NCBI RefSeq assembly: GCF_009914755.1
Contig: NC_060928.1
Length of the DNA: 64,000 nucleotides
Strand: one strand, 5' to 3'
From: the human T2T-CHM13v2.0 reference genome, Homo sapiens
Below the pieces are notes generated by a model. It saw only the letters and a list, made by a program, of their open reading frames with translations, did not search any database and was not told the DNA's origin. A program made the translations under genes and the position numbers. Shown here in pieces: positions 30,085-47,054 of the stretch. How positions within the stretch are numbered: position 1 is the first letter of the stretch; each line of letters starts with the position of its first letter.

Positions 30085-30737
30085 CCTAAAACAGATTTCA
30101 TTCCTTATGCTTAAATCTGAATGCATATTGCTTTTCCTTCATTCTTCAGCATCATGAATGAACACTCACACTGTTTTGACATTGGTCAAGTTGGTCTCAA
30201 CTCCAGCCTGGGCAGTCTGCATTCCCAATCAATGCATCTACATCCTGTATTCAACAGTGGCGTAGAAACTGCTGTGCTCCAAATTCAGGGTATGCAGAAT
30301 TTTAGTCCTTCCCTTTTATGTGAAAGTTAAAATTTAAAGAACAGTAAAAGGTAAATAAGTCATAATTTAATATAAACCTCAGGCAGAGGCTATGTTACTC
30401 ATAGCTTTGCCATCTGGAATTTTGATAAATTAGATTTGGATTATCTCTTACAGATTGTAGTTTACCTTTAAAGAGGCCAAATGCTATTTCCTGTCAGTTT
30501 TCTTAACTACCTGTCAAGCACAATTCCTCCTCATAGCCTAGGACTGATTACAGTGAAGGAGGTATAGGCCACAGCTGATCCAGCCATCATCTGCTAGCCA
30601 AATAAAGTGGTTAAAAATCAGTGCAATTCTGCCATCAGCCAAATTTTAGAATGAAATACTTTAGGGGCAGCTGCTCTTTTACCAGAAAATCATATAGCTT
30701 TAGCACTTCCTTGCTGTCTGAGATTTCCAGACCCCCT

Positions 30738-31446
<709 letters not shown>

Positions 31447-32013
31447 CCCCCTAAAAAAATCCCTTGGAAATGAACAAATTCCATCTATCTGTATGATAGA
31501 CTGGTGAGTCATAGAGCAGCCCAGAGAAACACAATGGTCCATTATAGAGTGAGAAGTTGTAGGTGTTAAAGAAGATCACAAAGGAAACCAGTTCTTGCTT
31601 TCAGCTCAGCCTACATATCCTGGCTGTGATCTCCATGGCACAATCAGAATTTTGGAATGGTGCTCATTTTAATCTTATGAGTCAGGGCTTATGCGTATTC
31701 ATTAAAACACCACAGGAACAGGTGGTATACAAAAGCAGAAAGCAAGAGGGGGTACAGAGAGCAGTCAAACATTTTTTCCAGTGAATGTGGGAGAAAGAGA
31801 GGAGAGAGGAGAAACTATGTACATTTCGGGAATTTCCTCTGGTTGTTTTGTGGGCAGAGTGACATTCAAGGATACAGGCTCAGATGGGGTTATAAGCCAT
31901 TGGGGGTTACAATTAGACTTCTAGTTCCATTTGTCTTTTGCTTTGAGGAGTTTCTGTGGTTTTCTCTGGGAGAGTGATAGTACTGGTTTGGGATCTCTCT
32001 CTGTGTTGAACTA

Positions 32014-32400
<387 letters not shown>

Positions 32401-33752
32401 TTTAGGCATTTTAAATTGGACAAGCACACAAGAACATCGCTGCTGTAACTGGGATGGACTCAGCACATATGTTCATGGATCTTCCCACTCATCTTGCTCT
32501 CACTTGGCTTTTGCCTGGCTGGGAATGGCTATCTGAGCCACTGGTACATCAGTGTGTAAACCTGCCAAGTTCAGCTTGGGTCTCTGTCTTCCATAAAGCC
32601 TGCCAACCCACACATCTGGACTTCCTTCTGTCACTGCTGCACAGATTCCATAAATGTTTCCTGAATGTTTTTGTGTTCCACCTGAAACACCAGCAATTCC
32701 AATTGTGGGATTATATCTTTAGTAAATGTCTTCTATAGCCAAGTGGCGGCAAGCACAGAGTAGCACACAGTGGGTTCTTGGGTAAATATCGGTCAAAGGT
32801 GTGAGTCATAGAGAACAATTAGAGCTAGAAATTTATTGCCAGAAAGAAGAGAAAGGAAAAGCAGGACTGTAGGAGGGGTGGGGAAACTCAGCTTAAGGCT
32901 ACCCAACTGACCATTTGCTTGTGAAATGTCTTCACCTGTTTTGGAGGACAGCGGAATGTGTATCTGTTTCCACGTCTAACAGCTGAAGGGTAAAAATATC
33001 TCAGTTTAGAGCTCTTTCTCAGGCATCAATCTGGTCATTTGGGCTGCCCTTCTCTTGGACTTAGTTATTCCAGGTGTAGGATACGGGGGCCACTTGTGCA
33101 CCGGAACAGAAGGAGCCCCTACGGGGGACGTGTTGAGAAGACTGTGTGGGCATGGAGAAGTGGTTCTATATGGAAGTCCTTCTAAAGGCCAAGATAAGAG
33201 ACCCCCTTCACCCCCCCACCCCAACTCCTCTCAGCATTTTTAGAGACTGGGAAGCATTTCTTGACAGTGCTTTGTTTCTGAAAGAAAGCAAGACAGAAAT
33301 ATTTGGAGTCACTATCCAGGAGATACTTTGTCCTCCTAGAGAAAATAAGGCTCAGAAACAGTGGTCTGAGTATTTGTCTTAGAAGAAGTGGATACAACTG
33401 AATCTGAATGAATCTTTCTCCCATGATGAAACAAAAAATTCCAGCACAAAATCTGTGAGAATCTTGGTCGTGAGAAATGTCAGAAAATGAAATAAATTTT
33501 AGCCCTGATGAAAAAAAAATTATGTTAACCCAAAAATGAGCGGTTACTAAATGTAAGACACAGAGATGTATGTATACATATTTATATACACATGTATAGA
33601 TAATTGACACATTATATATATGATGTGATCTACCACACACACAGGCCTACAGGCAATTGACAAGTAGGAAATGAGGAAGTCAATCAGTCAATCAGTTTCA
33701 AGGACTCTGCTGGGTGATCTACATTGTTATGTGCCCTGAAGGGTAAATATAA

Positions 33753-34187
<435 letters not shown>

Positions 34188-35224
34188 TAACCGCTGAGTT
34201 AGGGACGCTCAAACGCACTGATAGGACTGCAAATCCTATGTTTGGATGCGGCCAGCCCTTGCAAATGTAGAGCAGTCTGTGAGTAATTTGAGGAGATTCT
34301 GCTGTCCTCAAATCATCTCCTGTAGCCATATTTCATGACACTTCCTCTCCTGTTCTAACATTTGAAATTCTCCCCTCGGAGGACTACTTCAGTCTAGATA
34401 ATGAAAATAAGGTCATTGCTAAAGCCCTCAATTCCACTGTTTTTCAGCCTTTTAAAGCCTATTTTTTTCTTGGCCAACATAAAACATGCCTTCCTTTAAT
34501 GTTATCTGATGTTTTAAAATAAAAAAGTTGCAACTAAGAACAATGCAAAAATTTTATTTCGATCACTTCATCAAACTACGAAGATTCCCCTCTCTATCGC
34601 CTCCCATTTTCTGACTGAGGAGTGTGACCTGGATGCAGAGAATGTGAGCTCCATGTGGGGAGTGGCTGTATCTTGTTTGTTGCTGTTTCCCCAACTTCTA
34701 GCAGTTTTTGGAGCAAAATCAGGGCTCATGTTTGTCCTTCCATCTGGAAGATGTGGCTGTGGCTGTGAATCTGGATGAATCTTGTGCCATGAGGAGAAAA
34801 TCAAGGCATAAAATCCGTGGGGATGTTTTTAACACAGAGAAGCAGAAGTGATGGGTCTGTGCCTTGGAAAGTCTATGACAGTCTTCATGGGTTGATGTTT
34901 TCCAGGCAGCACTCAGAAAGCTGCCCTGAGTGGATGAGCTAGGAGGTCCATAATTTCCATAGGGTAGAAGGACAGATAACAGTAACAAGCCACCAGTGGC
35001 CACGTAACTGCAACTATGATCAGAGAAACAGGTGAGGGCAGTATGGGTCTTAGAACAGGTTTCAGAAACTCAGGCTTTGGTCAAGCAAGAGGGGACATTG
35101 GGTACTACGGGGATGGAAGTGACGTACAGAGGACAGTGGCGTGGAGTGAAACCGATCATCTAGCCCTCTGCCCCAGACACCCCCAACTTCTTGTCATCTC
35201 CTTATGCAAGGACCCAAAGTTCTT

Positions 35225-35900
35225 CTGACTGGCTGCGCCTCCAGCCTCATCTCCTGTTCTGTTTCCTCTTGCCTGCAGTTCCAGCCACATGGATCTCGGT
35301 GCTATTGCTCAACCATGCTGCAGAATCACTACCATCTCTCAGCCTTTGCCCCTGATGCCCCCTCTGCCGGGAAGCCTCTTTCCCAAGATACTGACACTGC
35401 TTTTCACTCACTCCATCCAAGCCCCGCCCAGATTCACCTTCCCAGAGGTCTTCCCTGGACACCCCATCCAAACCACACCCTCTTTTCTTCTCTTTCTATC
35501 CTCCTCTCAGTTGCTTTATTTTTCTCTGTGATAATCCTCACTCTCTGACTTTACATCTACTGTATATCTATATCTATACACACACGCGCGCGCATTTGTT
35601 TATTGCTTTTTCCCCCTACTAGAATGTCAGCTCCCTGCTATATTTCCAGGTCCTAGAACAATACCTGGCTCACAGCATCTTAGTAAAATGTTCGTGGGAC
35701 AAGTGACTAAAGCAGATATGGTTTTGAATCCAGGCCTGGCTATGTATTGGTTGTATTATGTTGGAAAATTACTTAATCTTCCTAACCTGACTTTGCTCAT
35801 TTGTAAACTAAGTTGATTATACATTTCTCAATAGACTGTGGTAAGGATACAGCACACGCAAGCCTGCCTGTGCCTAGTGCATAGTCAGTGCCCAATAAAG
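35225..35900 (+). mobile_element. L2 3' fragment (to ~35700) followed by MIR
   Basis: ACTAGAATGTCAGCTCC...CCTAGAACAATACCTGGC; then TTTGAATCC...TTACTTAATCT...GCTCATTTGTAAA. Confidence 0.65.
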
Positions 35901-37745
35901 GCTGTGATTTCAGCTTGGTTTATATTTTAAATAATTTGCTCTTTGTTAGCTACAGATCTGAAGAGTTTTCCAGCCCAAATCCTGTTCTGTACTTTTTCTT
36001 GAGCCAGGAGTGTAGGGTGGTGGTGAATCACTGATTCACAAGTGTGATGGAAATATGTTTTAGTGAGATGCATAAAGAACAAAAAAAAAAATCACAAACG
36101 TTTGACTTTTCTTAAGAATAACATACTATCTATCTTTTCCTTGTGGGAGAGATGTTATGACCTTCCGTATTATTTCAGTTTATGGAAAAAACATGTGAGT
36201 GTGTGTATGAATTGTAAACTCACCTCCGATCAGCCTCTGAGGGATGCTGGATCTATGATACACTTTGTCCTTCTGAGAACAAAACTCTTCCCAGGTAAAT
36301 GCGCTTGGAACATACATTTATTTCTGTCTTAACCTGATTTTTGATCGTGTTGGAGGATGATGACAGTTGGGAAGTATAAAAGGAAGAAATCTAAGAATAG
36401 AAAGAACTAGATCAATCTTAGTGTACTTCTGGAGAGACAGACAATGCTTGAAATTGTGGTTGTAGAGACCTAGTTTGTTAATTTAAACCACCATTTGTCT
36501 ATTTTTTAGAAAAGACTCACGAAGAAATTCTAACGGTGAGTAAAGCAAATCTTATGGCCCCAAATATGCCAGATATGCCAGATAAAATTAATATTTTTTT
36601 CCTGAAAACTGTTTTATATCATGCAGTGTTGCATAGTTTGCTTATCTGACAATGTGTATCTTGGGATACTGGAACATCAGTCACAGGAGTTACTATTTTC
36701 TTTTAGCATAAAAAATTTAAAAAATCTTTAGAGATGTAGTTCTAAAAAAACAAAAACAAAGTAAGAGGGGAAGGCTTGCTGAAGAAAACATGACCTTTTA
36801 AATAATTCATCTACAGTGCTTCTTGAAACTAGAGAAATACCGTGTATGGGGATTCATGTTTTATAAAATATCAGTGAGACCATTATTTGCTGAAAATGTT
36901 TTTCTGGCACTGATTAAAATTATTAATTATTTTACTTTTCTCACTTAGATTATCTAATCTTAACATTTCTTTTCTTGTTTCTTCTAAATCCTATCTCTCA
37001 AAAGGTAGGATTAATTTATCTTTTGCTTACAAAAACAATATCTGAGTGGAGCCCTGGATTGAAATTCAAGGACTCACTAGGTGTCTACTAATGTAGTAGG
37101 GATAACATTGAGTGTTACAGCTTGGAAGCTGATTACCTTTATGACATACAGCTTGGAAGCTGATTAGCTGTGTGACACTGGGTAACCCACTGTTATTCTC
37201 TGTGCTTCTATTATTTGTTCTATAGGAATAAGATAATGCTGACCAAATGATATACTAAAAAGCATTTGTGCAGCTGAGAAAATAAAGATGCTGATGCGCC
37301 ATATTATTGAAGAAATAATTCTTGCTTTTGTGTCTGTTCTAGGGGAAGAGATTAAGAGAAAGAACTGAAAATTGAATTCTGTTCTACAATAAAAGTGTAG
37401 CTGCCAGGCTCATCCTTAGAGCCCGCAGAAAATAAAGAGGTGCCATGGATCCGGCACCAATGGTTCTTTCTGACAGAGGCCTTTGGCCTTCCAAGCCCCT
37501 CACTCTGCTGGCCTATTGGAGAATGTGTGCTGATTCCCAGAAGAGCCTCATGCCCTTTCTGCCTCCTGCCCAGGTCCTGGAAGTTTTCAGAGAAAAGGGT
37601 GCCATTATCCAAGTCTAATAATTTTCTATTTTAAATGCTGAATTTTATTATCGGGTAATCATCATTGTGGAAAGGCAAAGCCATTCACTAATAGGAAGCA
37701 TACTATAAATTCATAGATGACATTTGCTCATGTTTTCCTGTATGA

Positions 37746-38084
<339 letters not shown>

Positions 38085-38360
38085 GCACCCACCACTTTTT
38101 AACATCATACAAGATTAAGCTGAAAAATAGGTGATTACTAAATTTGATATTCTGGAGATGTGATGGTCATGGAAGATCTTTTGGCATAATCCCTCCACCT
38201 GTTGCCTTGGGTTTGGTCCTTCTTATTTCCTGTCTAGGTAATTGAAGTGGCCTGCACTTGGACTTCCTTCTCAATAGCCCTTCATCTGCTCTCACATTGT
38301 TGCCAGAGTGCTCTTCTCAAAACACAAGTTTGATCAAGTAATGTTTCATTTAAAATTCTG

Positions 38361-38536
38361 GGCTGGGTGTGGTGGCACAATGCCTGTAGTCCTAGCTACT
38401 CGGGAGGGTGAGGTGGGAGGATCGCTTGAGCCTGGGAGTTTGAGGTTGCAGTAAGCTGAGATTGCACCATTGCCCTTCTGCTTGGGCAACAGAGGGAGAC
38501 TCTGCCTCAAAAAAAAAAAAAAAAGAACAAAACAAG
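38361..38536 (+). mobile_element. FRAM-type right Alu monomer
   Basis: Right monomer only; AAAATTCT duplicated on both sides. Confidence 0.85.
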
Positions 38537-38899
38537 AAAATTCTTCATTGCCTCCTCATTGCCATCAGTCTAAAGTCCAGATTTCTTAACTAGGTGCCTA
38601 ATGAAGACTGGTCTTGAAAAAATTGTTTGAACTTGCAAAATATTGTCATTGGAAGAGTTACAAGCAGGGTTTTTGTTTGTTTGTTTGTTTGTTTTTGCCT
38701 TCTATGAATAGAGACTGGAATTTATTTTTGTTCAGACTATGTTCAGAAAGAGACCATTCTGCTAGTCACCTTTGGTTATGCAGAAGTAGTAGGAGGATTT
38801 AAATATTATTCTTGTGGCTGGCTGAAATTGACAAGGGTCCCAGTGAAAATGCTCAAAATGGGATGCTAAATACCCTCTTTAATAATGCAATACTTATAA

Positions 38900-39130
38900 C
38901 TAAAATTTGTTGAGCCAAATTCTATGTGCCAGGTACTCTTGTAAGCTTTTTATTTGTATTAATGTAATGGCTGATAGTAATTCTGTTACAATCCCTTGCT
39001 ATTGATGAAATGGAGACACAGAGGGGTTCAATAGTATGCCCAAGGACACACAGATAAGTAACCAGTAGAATTCAGATTGGAATCCAACACGTCTAGCTCC
39101 AGAGTCCTCACTCTCAAGCACTGTGTGATA
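38900..39130 (-). mobile_element. MIR
   Basis: CTATGTGCCAGGTACT...GAGACACAGAG...GCCCAAGGACACACAG...CTCCAGAGTCC. Confidence 0.7.
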
Positions 39131-39486
39131 GAGCCTCCATTGCATAAGCAGGGCTAAGCCCTACAGAATTAGAAACATCCTTCCCACCTACCAAATCTGG
39201 ATGTCTCATGGCTTCTTTTACTAAGCATTTGCATGTGGGGTGTGGAATTTGAAGCTAGAGCATGGCTAGAGGAATGTGCTGCCTTAGTCTCTTCAACTCA
39301 CTCTGGAGGAAGAACTGAAAAAGTACAGTGCAGTGGGGACTAGGATATTGGTGTCCTACATTGGTATTACATAAGGATGAATAACTCAGATATTGAGGAG
39401 TATCCTGTAAATAGTATGTTTGTCTTATTTGATTCATCTTATTTCATATTCTTTTAAATTAAAAAAATTAAATTTATTTGTATTGG

Positions 39487-39650
39487 TTTTTTTAAGACAT
39501 GGGATCTTGCTGTGTTGCCCAGGCTGGGGTGCAGTGGCTAGTCACAGGTGCAGTCATAGCACACTATAGCCCATAACTCCTGGGCTCTAGTGATCCTCCC
39601 TCCTCAGCCTCCCAAGTAGCTGGGACTGTAGCTGTGCCACCATGCCCAAC
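39487..39650 (-). mobile_element. FAM (fossil Alu monomer)
   Basis: Contains the 7SL-derived segment GTGGCTAGTCACAGGTGCAGTCATAGC that dimeric Alus lack. Confidence 0.8.
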
Positions 39651-40439
39651 TAGTTTTACTAGTTTTGAGAGCAAACAATGGGATATTATTTGTAGGGGCT
39701 GACTATTCCCACTGTCAATCATTTTGGAGAAGGAAATTCAAAAATAGGCATTTAAATCAGTAGAGAAAGTTTTTATTTGGGGCGGGGGGTGCTGTCAGAG
39801 TTGGACCTAAACAAATACATGGCCATTTAGGGGGCATCCCTTTGGTGGAGGTTGAACCAGCCTGCTGAGAGCTTGGTTGGGATTAAAGGATTGGGTTGGG
39901 CCATTGGGCTCCAAGGTCAATTCTTTCTATTAGCTGTTGTAAATAAATCTGTTAATTTGTCCTTAACCTTCCAATCTTCTGTAAAGTTTTGTTAAAGGTC
40001 ATGGTTAGGTATGATGACTCATCTCAAGGCCAGAGAAGAGATGGCAAAGGCCCCATCTATCTATCTTCCTCTTTCCAATTGCTCCTCTCCACATAGAAGC
40101 AATTGGATTCCCACCCAGCACAGTGCATTCTTTCAGGTCTCCATGCTTTGTCGCACTCTGGACTTGGAGGGCCTGTTGTTGACCTCCCAATCCACTTTGT
40201 TTTCAGTTATACTTTGCTGCCTGCAGCTGGGGCTTACACATTACTAAGGATTTTCTTCATGGCAATGTTTGTTACAATGGAAACTAATCATCCAAAGAGA
40301 TCCTGTTTTCAAATCCTCTTTCCACATCAACAGTACTTGAGGATGTACATCTAATCAAGTGATTTCAGAAGAATATTTAGGTTAACCTGCTGGCAGCTCA
40401 TGCCCAGGGTCTTTGGTGATGTGACCCTTGTTCTTTGTA

Positions 40440-41220
40440 CATTTTTGGTCAACATCTATTGATTGAGTGTATATCATGTATCAGGTATGGTTTAGGTGCT
40501 GGGTCTACAACTGTGAACAAGACACTGAAATCCTGGCCCTCACAAAGAGTGAATGCTATTGGGAGAAATAGACAATAAATAAGAAAAATAAATAGAAATA
40601 TACCACACTAACAAGCAAGGCAGTTTTGTACACTTAGGCAGGTTGTGCATTGCACAAGTGTACCACAATCTGGAGGGGGGGGCCGTGACAGTGTTGACAT
40701 CAGAGTTTTGTGAACTATTTATTTCTACAGTGTTCTTGCAGGTGTTCTTGGGGAAGATCATCTTTTTCTAATTTGCACAAAGCTGCTGTATGAGTTAATG
40801 GTAGGCCTATTAGTAACGAGTGAGCCTATTAGGAATCTGTTGCCAACATTCAGGTAAGAAATGATGGTAGCTTGGTTTAGGAAGTGGCAGTGGAAGTCGA
40901 GGAAAGTCTGTGTTTAAATTCTGTATATATTTTGAAAATAGAGCTGGAAGGATTTGCTACTGACTGGATGTGGCATTTAAGAGAAAAATTAGAATTAAGA
41001 TTGCTACCAAAGTTTTTGGCCTAAGCAACTAGAAGCATCGAGTTGTCCTTAACTGAGGTAGGGAGGATTTCAGGAGGAGTTGGTTTGGGGGTCAAAGATC
41101 AGCAGCTATATTTTGGACGTGTTAAGGTTGAGATGTCTATTAAACATTCATGTGGAGCTGTCACATAGGCAGCTGGATATATGAGTCTACAGGGGAGAAA
41201 CATGTCCAGACTGAAGATAT
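40440..41220 (-). mobile_element. L2 fragments interrupted by a MER91-like element
   Basis: CAACATCTATTGATTGAG; TTTTGGACGTGTTAAGGTTGAGATGTCTATT. Confidence 0.7.
40612..40808. mobile_element. MER91-like hAT-Tip100 MITE
   Basis: GCAGGTTGTGCATTGCACAAG and CTAATTTGCACAAAG motifs. Confidence 0.6.
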
Positions 41221-41675
41221 AAATTATATTACTTTAGGAGAGCTACCATAAGCCATAATTTGTCCTTTAATGGATGACAATGTTGGCAAATACATAATTT
41301 TTATCCAATATTTGTAATAAGTTCTTCCCTATTATATACTTTTCTATCTTGTAATACAAACTGAATAAATAAATTTGTTTTAGCTTGTCATTCTGCCTTG
41401 GAAAAGTTTGAAAAATACTTTGAACACATCATTCCTGAAATAATTTGCTCTTATAAAATTATAAAATTAAGACTAAGACAAGTCTTTAAAAATTTAGTTT
41501 TAGAGAAAAGAGTAAATAGACCTCTCTCTAGCCATTGAATTTTTACGTAGGGAACTTGAATGTGACTGTATATGATAACTCACTGGAATTATTTTATGTG
41601 GCAAGAATGAGATTTACTGTAAATAGTATATAATATCATCAATTACTATATGAATCTCTCAAACACTGATTATAG

Positions 41676-42130
41676 TGTAGCAGGAAGAGCCACAGACAAA
41701 ATCCCTCAGACACCAAGTTAAAGAAGGAAGGGCTTTATTCGGCCAGAAGCGTCGGCAAGACTCACGTCTCAAAAACCGAGCTCCCCTAGTGAACAATTCC
41801 TGTCCCTTTTAAGGGCTTACAACTTTCAGGAGAACTATGTGAGAGGGTCATGATCAATTGAGCAAGCACGGGTTATGTGACTTGCGACTGGGTGCACTGG
41901 TAATGAGAATGGAAGAGAACAGGACGGGGATTTTCACGATGCTTTTCCATACAATGTCTGAAATCTGTAGATAACACAAGCAGTTAGGTCAGGGGTTGAT
42001 TTTTAACTACCAGCCCTGGGGAGCAGTGCTGGGCTATCTGCCTGTGGATTCCATTTCTGCCTTTTAGTTCTTCTTTTTTTGGAGACAGAAATTGGGCATA
42101 AGACAATATGAGGGGTTGTCTCCTCCCTTA
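41676..42130 (-). mobile_element. LTR2B-like solo LTR (HERV-E group)
   Basis: Minus strand starts TAAGGGAGGAGACAACCCCTCATATTGTCTTATGCCCAATTTCTG; 4-bp TSD ATAG (41672-41675, 42131-42134). Confidence 0.9.
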
Positions 42131-42774
42131 ATAGGAGTTTTCAAAATTGGCAAAACAAAACTTTATAAAGCAAAATAGGAATGTTTTACAAAACGAAAGA
42201 AACTACTGCCAGCTTCGTCAGTATAACAACCTGTTAGCAATAGAGGGTGATTTATAGGAATCAGCCATACGTGTACAGTGCACCAACTCTTTATTATTCA
42301 CAAGTAGATGATCTATTTGCAGATTTCCTGTAGTTTCATGACCTGTGTTCTCTCATAGGCAGAAGGGAATTCAGTCCTGATGCACACAAGTTGAATGTCT
42401 GTGTGTATCAAAGTGGTTCCTAAAGGCCATTCTCATTGATTTCTGGACTTTTAATATTTTTGTAATATTTTCACCTCTTTAGCCTGCACCTTGTGCAATC
42501 AAGGGCACTTAGGAAAGAGGATTGCTGCAGGCAACTTGATGTGTTTCAGAATAAATAACTCCACAGAGATCGTACTTTCTGTGCAATACGAAACCCAAAC
42601 TGATTTTTTTGGTAACAAAAGAAGTCTTATTGGTTTCCACTTTTATAAATCCAAGTGTTCATATATTGACCTTGTTATTCCTTTGTTTTCGGTGGCAGTT
42701 CACCTATATTTTACATTACAATGTGGTGCTTGAATAGCCCTTTGTAAGTTGACTTAAAAAAACAAAACAAAACA

Positions 42775-43705
<931 letters not shown>

Positions 43706-43739
43706 GTATAAATTGGCTTTTAAAATATTACCTGTACTG

Positions 43740-44057
<318 letters not shown>

Positions 44058-44829
44058 TTAAAGTGAATTTTATCATTAATTTATACGTTTTCTATGTATC
44101 ATGCTGTTACATGTACACACCCACTTTGCAAAATTGTTACCTTAATCACGTTTTGTTAATATTTATTCGAATGGCAAGAGTGCCTGTTTGTCTCAGTCAA
44201 ATGAATCTTTAGAGAACTGTTTCGTTCTTCTGAGGTTGCACAAAATTAATGTGGTTTAAAAGTTTTAATTTAAATTTAATTTTATTTATTTGCGTTTTGA
44301 CTAGGTATTAGAGTGACCTGGTTCAAAATCTGGAAACACAATAAGATACATGGTGTATTGTCCCCCTCCCTCGTCTGTGCTACCGATGCCCAGTTTCCTT
44401 CCCTGGAGGCAGCCAGTGTTACCTGCTTCTGTGTGGTCTTCCAAGGAAGACGTTTTAGTGCAGTTTTAATTTGAAGAGAACAACTTAAAAAAATGTGTAC
44501 GTGGGAATAGAAGGGCTTTGTTCTAAACTCCGTTGGTTTGTTTGGTTCATGAAAGTCAGAACAGCATGACTTTATTTCAAGGTTGAATAACAATAAAAGA
44601 TTTATAAGTTTAATAATTGTCTTCAATAGCTTGAGGACATAATCAAAACAACTGACTTCTCTTTAAGTCTTATTTCTGCCCCAGGAACCTGTCCTTGATC
44701 CACCACCTTCTGGTTATTATTTCACTTTGTTCACATTCCGGGGACATACAATCGGCTGATTTTATCTTCTCTAACTACATTTCTGCTTCAGAGGCTTTAC
44801 TTGGTGGGAATCATCTTCCAGACTCCCCA

Positions 44830-45970
44830 AAGCTGGCTTCTGCCCAACTCACAAACCTCATCTCACATGTTGCTCTTTTCCCCTCTTTCACCAGTTCCAG
44901 GCACACAGACTTCCTGTCAGTTCTTGGTCAAGCAAGTTCTCGTCCACCTGAGGACCTTGTCCTTGCCTGTTCTTCCGTCTGCCTGGAAGGCTTTCTTCTG
45001 TCTTCTGTGCCTGGCTCCTTCCCCACCTTCCGGCCTCACTTGAGATGTGATCTTCTCTGACCATCTTAGCTGAAGTTGGCCTCCTCTCCCTTAATCTCCA
45101 TTGAGCTAAACAGTTTCTTTCATCTAGAACTTACTATAGTAATTATGTGTTTACTAGTTCACTGTCTGGAATCGTTTACCCTAGAGCAGTCTACGATGTA
45201 AAGCCAGGATGGTCAAACTACAGCGCAAGCTTTGTTTTTGCAAAGCTCTGGAGGTAAGTATTGCTTTACATTTTAAAAGGGTTGCTTAAAAATTTTTTTT
45301 TAAAAAAAGCTAAGAAGATTGGGCAGCAGAGACTTCGTGTGGTCTGCAAAACTATTTACTATCCAGTCCTTTACAGAAAAATGTGCTAATCCCTGGGCTA
45401 AAACAATGGTCTCCAAAGTGTGGTATGTACATTCCAAAGATTGTGCAAGATAATTCAGTAGGTTCTTAATTATTTATTCTTTTGCATTCATTTATTGCTT
45501 ATGTTTTATAATGCACATAATTTTTAGTATAGTAATAGATACATATAATTTATAAATTAACATATACATACATGTTTTGGGAATAATGCTCAGAAATTTT
45601 TTAATAATGCACTTTATGATAAAAATTTTGGTGGCAACTGGGGTTAAAATACAAAATTTATGAGGGCAAGCGCCATATTCTCTCCTTCCATATTCCCACC
45701 ATCTAATACACACTCAATGTAATGCTTTTTGAATAAATGATAGCAGTAGACTTAAACATTTATTGAGCACATATTAACTAAGCTCTCGGAATGTAATATC
45801 TTCTTTAATGATTAGAGCCACCCTATGAGTTAGATCTTGTTACTTTTATTTTACAAACGAGGAAACTGAGGCCCAGAGAAGTCAAACAACTTCCTGAAGC
45901 TCTCACATTACTAGTAAAAACTGGAAGCTGAGTCTGATGCCAGTCTGACTCCAAAGCCAGTGTTTTTAAC
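44830..45970. mobile_element. Cluster of old repeats: L2 (~44830-45190), hAT-Charlie MER58-like and related (~45205-45640), MIR (~45750-45970)
   Basis: GTCAAACTACAGC...CCTTTACAGAAAAA (MER58-like); TTACAAACGAGGAAACTGAGGCCCAGAG (MIR); boundaries approximate. Confidence 0.6.
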
Positions 45971-46066
45971 CATGAATGACCTGTCTCTAATTTCATTCTT
46001 TTTTTTTACTCTTTATGTGTATCAGAATGCAATTACATTTTGAAACCTTGTGTGTCTTGATGTTGA

Positions 46067-46572
<506 letters not shown>

Positions 46573-46689
46573 TAACTCCATTAAGGTCAACTTCTCATCT
46601 ATAAAATGGAGCCAATAATAATGTTTATCCCAGAGGTGGTTTCCAAGGTTACGCACATGTGAAAGTGATTTGCATATTAAGGTTGATAA

Positions 46690-47054
46690 CAGCGGTCCCA
46701 ACCTTTTTGGGCACCAGGAACTGGTTTCATGGAAGACAATTTTTCCATGGATGGTGGGGTGATGGGAGATGGGAGGGGAATGGAAGGATGGGTAGGAGGG
46801 GAAAGGGGATGGTTTCAGGATGAAACTGTTTCACCTCAGATCATCAGGCATTAGATTCTTATAAGGAGCACACAACCTAGATTCCTCACATGTACAGTTC
46901 ACAATAGGGTTCACGATCCTATGAGAATCTAATGCTGCTGCTGACCTGGCAGGGGGCAGAGCTTGGGCGGTAACACTCACTTGCCAGTCACCTCCTGCTG
47001 TGTGGCCCAGTTCCTAACAGGGCCGGTCTGTGGCAGCGGGGGTGGAGACCCCTG
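46690..47054 (+). mobile_element. MER1B hAT-Charlie DNA transposon
   Basis: CAGCGGTCCCAACCTTTTT start and GACCCCTG end (TIR-like); GAAACTGTTTCACCTCAGATCATCAGGCATTAGATTC core. Confidence 0.88.

Noticed and set aside
33182-33640. Longest ORF in the track (152 aa, minus strand)
   Set aside because: It begins in (TG)/(TA) low-complexity sequence, has AT-biased composition and no recognisable domain
37116-37177. 31-bp tandem duplication TACAGCTTGGAAGCTGATTA...
   Set aside because: An ordinary slippage duplication at a MIR edge with no sign of function
37450-37520. Two CCAAT boxes about 60 bp apart
   Set aside because: There is no CpG island or other promoter support, and pentamers are frequent by chance
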